DNA of 64,000 nucleotides, taken from assembly GCA_963762565.1 (NCBI GenBank), contig CAVXLD010000012.1, positions 32,001 through 96,000 on the forward strand, given 5' to 3'. Origin of the DNA: an uncultured Verrucomicrobiae bacterium (GTDB lineage: Bacteria; Verrucomicrobiota; Verrucomicrobiia; Chthoniobacterales; JAFAMB01). Made by a program: the position numbers and the translations under genes. The notes under the pieces are model-generated. The model did not search any database. It was not told the origin of the DNA and saw only the letters and a list, made by a program, of their open reading frames with translations. Shown here piece after piece: positions 60,251-64,000 of this stretch. The first letter of the stretch is position 1. Each line of letters starts with the position of its first letter.

Positions 60251-62844
60251 CTAACCGGCGGAGTTTGTCCCGAAGGTTGATCCTATTTTTGGAGGTTTCC
60301 AATCCGCTCGAATACCACCTAAGGTTGCTTGGCTCTTGTCATTCGTTACCGCTAAACCAACGTAGATCTGGTTGTTATGGAGCGAGACTGAGCTGGTAAC
60401 GGCTGGTGACGCCGTCGGGGAACTGTAACGTGAAAGGGTTGCCATCCGATTCACTTTGAACCAATAGGGAGAGGTGGTGTTGGAATTCCAGTCCGATCGA
60501 CGTCCCGTTTTCCTTCGTCCGATAAGAAAAACGTTGCCCGTTAGTGCCATCCAGGCTGACGAACGCATTCGGACTGCCCGGCGTTAAATCGTTACGCATC
60601 ATAACACCCGCCTTCGCCCAAGCGCTGATACCCGTGCCGCTTGGCATATTGGTTAGGCGAGCAATGACCGTCCCGTTGCCCACCAACTGTTGATAATAAA
60701 AATGGAAACCGTCCGAAGTGCCCCAGATGTCTCCGCCGCCGCCGTTCACCTGTACCGGCCCATCATAAGTCCCATCCGTTAGTCAACTTGCCCGACGCAT
60801 CTCCGATGTCCTGGCTCGTCCAACTTTGGACAGTATTCGGTGCATACTCGGTTCCGTTAACATTCAACAGCGGAAGCGTCGGCGCGTTGTCTAAGTCGCT
60901 TCCGCTCAGGGATGATGTGGTCTGATTCGCAGCATTGGCCTGGATGCTCATAGTCCCATTCAAACCTGGGACCGAGAGGGTTACATTGCCGGAAGCAGGG
61001 TCATAGGTGTTCGTGGCGGTGGCGGAAGTCAAAGCCGTCCTGAAGGTATCAAAATTGGTAGTGGTATCGGTGCAGTAAGCAGTCCGGCTCCAGTAGGCAA
61101 TCACGGCGTTACCGCCGGTCGGTGCCCTGAAGATGTTCGAAAGATGATCCACATAACGTTGTACTGCCTGCCCTCATTTACTAAAGACAAACCAATGGTA
61201 TTACCCCCCATGTCGGTCGATAGCAGAAAGCGGATCCCGCTCCTAAGATTCTGCTCCTTAGTCCTCGTTCTGAATATATTACTTCGCGACCGATACCGAT
61301 TCGCCCGGGCTGAGACAAGCGGTGCTTAGCGTTCCCGATCCAGACTTGGGCCGTGTTAGGTATGGTAATGGTCGATGCGACTTCGGTCGCGCCCAGGCTG
61401 GCGTCGATGCTTCCGTTTGACGCAGCCAGGAAAAGGGTCTCGGCTCGATCTTGGACGCCCGCAATGAAAGGGGTTAACCCGCCCGCCGTGCTGTTTGCAG
61501 ATAATATTTCACTGCCCGATATTGTATTAACGTTTACTGTGGCCCGTTACCGGGCATCATGATAGTCCACCCTTCGAAGTTTGGGTTGTCATACAGCGCT
61601 TCGGCTGTGCCGATTGAATAAGGATAACTCAGGCCGCCGGCTGCGGCAGGGTTAGCCATGAAGGTCTCCGCATATTCGAAGAAATCATCATATGCATCCT
61701 CAGAGTCACCAAAGTCTCGCAGAATCTTGAACGACGTGTTGACTGGCACCTGAGCAGCAAAGAGATACGGAACGTCGCTGGGCGGGAGTAAGTAGTAAGA
61801 AATAAAATCCTGGCCGTGCCAATAGCCGGGTTGTAGCCTATTAACCAGTAATTCCGGCCAAGCCGGCGTAGGTGGATCGCTCAAATGACTGACAGCCCAG
61901 TAAAAGCGGTCAGTTGCGTGATCCTCGTCTAGGAGAAACTCATAGGTCCGGCTGTGAGTGCCTCCAATTCGTTGATTCTGATAGAACCAGCTGGCGTACA
62001 TATCGATCCAAATCAGTTTCCAACCTTGCTGGGCGATCGTCCGAATGCCGGGGTCGGTAGAGTAAAGGAAGATGTACCCTAGGGCTTCCAGTTGGACACC
62101 GGTATAGGTCGGACTCATGAATTCGTGTATACCGTTGGTCTGGACCGCAGTTACCCAATCCAGCAAGTTGGTGCGCGCAGCGTTCGTTATATTTGAATTG
62201 GGGGAGACCAAAACATTATTGTTGCCGTCGACAACACCCTGCCCCGTCAGAACGAGGTTGCAGTTCTTAAGTAGCCAAATATTCGTGTCTCGTACGGACG
62301 GAGTGTGATTGAGTTCACCTTGTTGGCCTTCCGCCAGCAACGTGGCCAACAAATTCTCAATCGTGCCAGACTGGCTGACCGGACCGTACTGAGCGAGCAG
62401 TTTAGGAAAGCGGTAGGCGATCTGGACCAGCGACTCCGTTACAAACTCAACCGCGTCATCGTCGGTTACGATGTTATCCTCATAGTTCCATTTAAAATTC
62501 ACGGCTGAAGGCACCCAGATCGATTGCAATCGGTTCAACACTGTCACGACCGAGCTCTCACTTTGGGAATCCAACAATCCATTGTTGGCGTTGGCGAGAG
62601 CGAACGCTTCCAAAACGAACTGGGCCATTATTTTGGCTTCTGGGTCTGTGCCGGTAGCCTGACTTTCGAGGGTAAGGTACGTGCTCGAATCGACAAAGCT
62701 AATGGTGCAGTAAGGAGTGGGGACCGGGTCATAGGTTTGAGCTTCGGCACCGAGGGAAGTCAGAAGCAGATCACCGAAAAAAACACTTGCCCAATTGGTT
62801 AGCGCTAACACACGCAATGACTTTACGGTTCCTATGATAATCAT
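60251..62844 (-). CDS. Large secreted protein (helical N-domain plus C-terminal ConA-like module), multiply frameshifted
   Basis: Consecutive minus-strand ORFs 61534-62844, 60763-61152, 60375-60749, 60251-60568; GIHEFMSPTY, GGTHSRTY, and WTSQDIG..GGGDIWGTSDGFHFYYQQL..WAKAGVMMR..YVGLAVT. Confidence 0.7.
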
Positions 62845-63052
62845 GGTATTTATTGCTACCAGTCATCACATTTTTTGGCGGCTTTTGTCAAAACTTTAGG
62901 ATCAGCGCCAGGTCCTTACCCACATTCTCAGGCGCTTTCCGCTATCCTTCCGCAACTACAGAGGTTGGGCTCGCTACGTTGAACAACTCTGCGGCAGCGA
63001 AATACTTACGCCCAGAGAGACTCTATTTTTAATTCGCCTTTATGTGAGTGCT

Positions 63053-64000
63053 ATGGCTAGATATGGCTTTCTTTTTTTGCGAGAAACAAACTTAGTTGAG
63101 TCATTTCTATCAGCGGCAGAACCGGAAGCGCTGCTCCTGTTAGCCGTTATCGTCTTTTATCTGGCCGGCCTGTTGATCGGTAGAATACTAAGACGGCGGT
63201 TTCGCGTCGGCCTAGGCTGGACCTATCAGCGTCTTTATCGTTGCGACCGCGGTCGTTGTCGCCAGCGCGTTATTTCATTTCGATTTCCCCGGGCAACAGT
63301 TACTTCGCTTGGTTGCAGTGGTTTTCGCGGCGTTTCCGTTCAATGCGTTGCTTTACCGCTACTTCTGGCCAGCCTTTGGGTATCCTGGCGAACAGGCTCG
63401 AGTTCCCCCGTTTTTGCCCCAGATCACAACGCTTCTGTTGATTGCCACAGCGTTCTTCACGGGTCTGAGCCTGCTTTACGGCGTCACCCTACCTGGTTTG
63501 CTGGCCGGCTCCGGATTGATCGCTCTAGTTCTTGGGTTAGCACTCCAAGACACACTCGGGAACATATTCTCGGGACTCGGACTCCAAGCCGGGAAATCCT
63601 TTCGGGTCGGCGATTGGTTAATTGTGGACGGCAAACACGTTGAAGTGGTCGAAGTAAATTGGCGGTCAACGCGGCTCAGGAATAATGACGCGGCCACCTT
63701 TGATATCCCAAATAACCAGCTCGCTAAGGCAACGATTGTGAATCTGTACAACCCAACGCCCGTACACGCAGATCGCGCCAGCGTCTGTGTCGAGTACGGA
63801 GTTCCGCCTAACCAAGTCAAGGAGGGCTTGGTTCGGGCCGCTTTGGCCGCGCGGGGCGTTCTTTCTCATCCAGCTCCAGCCGCCTTTCTGATGAACTTTG
63901 ATGAGTCTGGGATTCGTTACGAGTTAAAATACTGGATAGATGATGCCCGCCGCTTTCCGGAAATCAGCGATGTAGTAAGAACCAATATCTGGTACGAACT
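63053..64000 (+). CDS. Small-conductance mechanosensitive channel family protein (3'-partial, frameshifted)
   Basis: GLIALVLGLALQDTLGNIFSG, FRVGDW, EVNWRSTRL, IPNNQL. Confidence 0.9.

Overview
Bacterial chromosome segment whose gene content (GloVer-repeat protein, DUF5069, tmRNA tag ANQELALAA) suggests a soil Verrucomicrobium (inference). Many single-base frameshifts, including in ordinary genes, point to an unpolished long-read assembly. Layout: (1) 1-7.1 kb: partial TonB-dependent receptor, SDR, GloVer-repeat protein; (2) tmRNA (ssrA) at 7142-7490; (3) an ~18.6 kb integrative element inserted in the ssrA 3' end, bounded by an exact 27-bp direct repeat (7464-7490 / 26026-26052). It carries AbiEi/AbiEii, an excisionase-like HTH, a phage-type HTH replication initiator with internal palindromic iterons, decayed cargo (Tn3 remnant, MntH-Usp-DtxR/MntR-porin manganese module, MgtC/DUF4010, NUDIX, DUF932), a metallophosphoesterase and a tyrosine integrase; (4) a GIY-YIG remnant flanked by palindromic repeats, TetR/SDR, DUF4185 and small housekeeping genes; (5) sugar catabolism and ABC genes and an IMPase-cupin-Tm-1-like-TIM-barrel operon; (6) a seven-gene envelope glycosylation cluster headed by a GT2-receiver-domain fusion; (7) a second epimerase/dehydrogenase pair, a large frameshifted secreted protein and a partial MscS. 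Intergenic DNA holds several families of REP-like palindromes that appear to have inserted into one another. All family assignments come from motif recognition by eye, not database searches.
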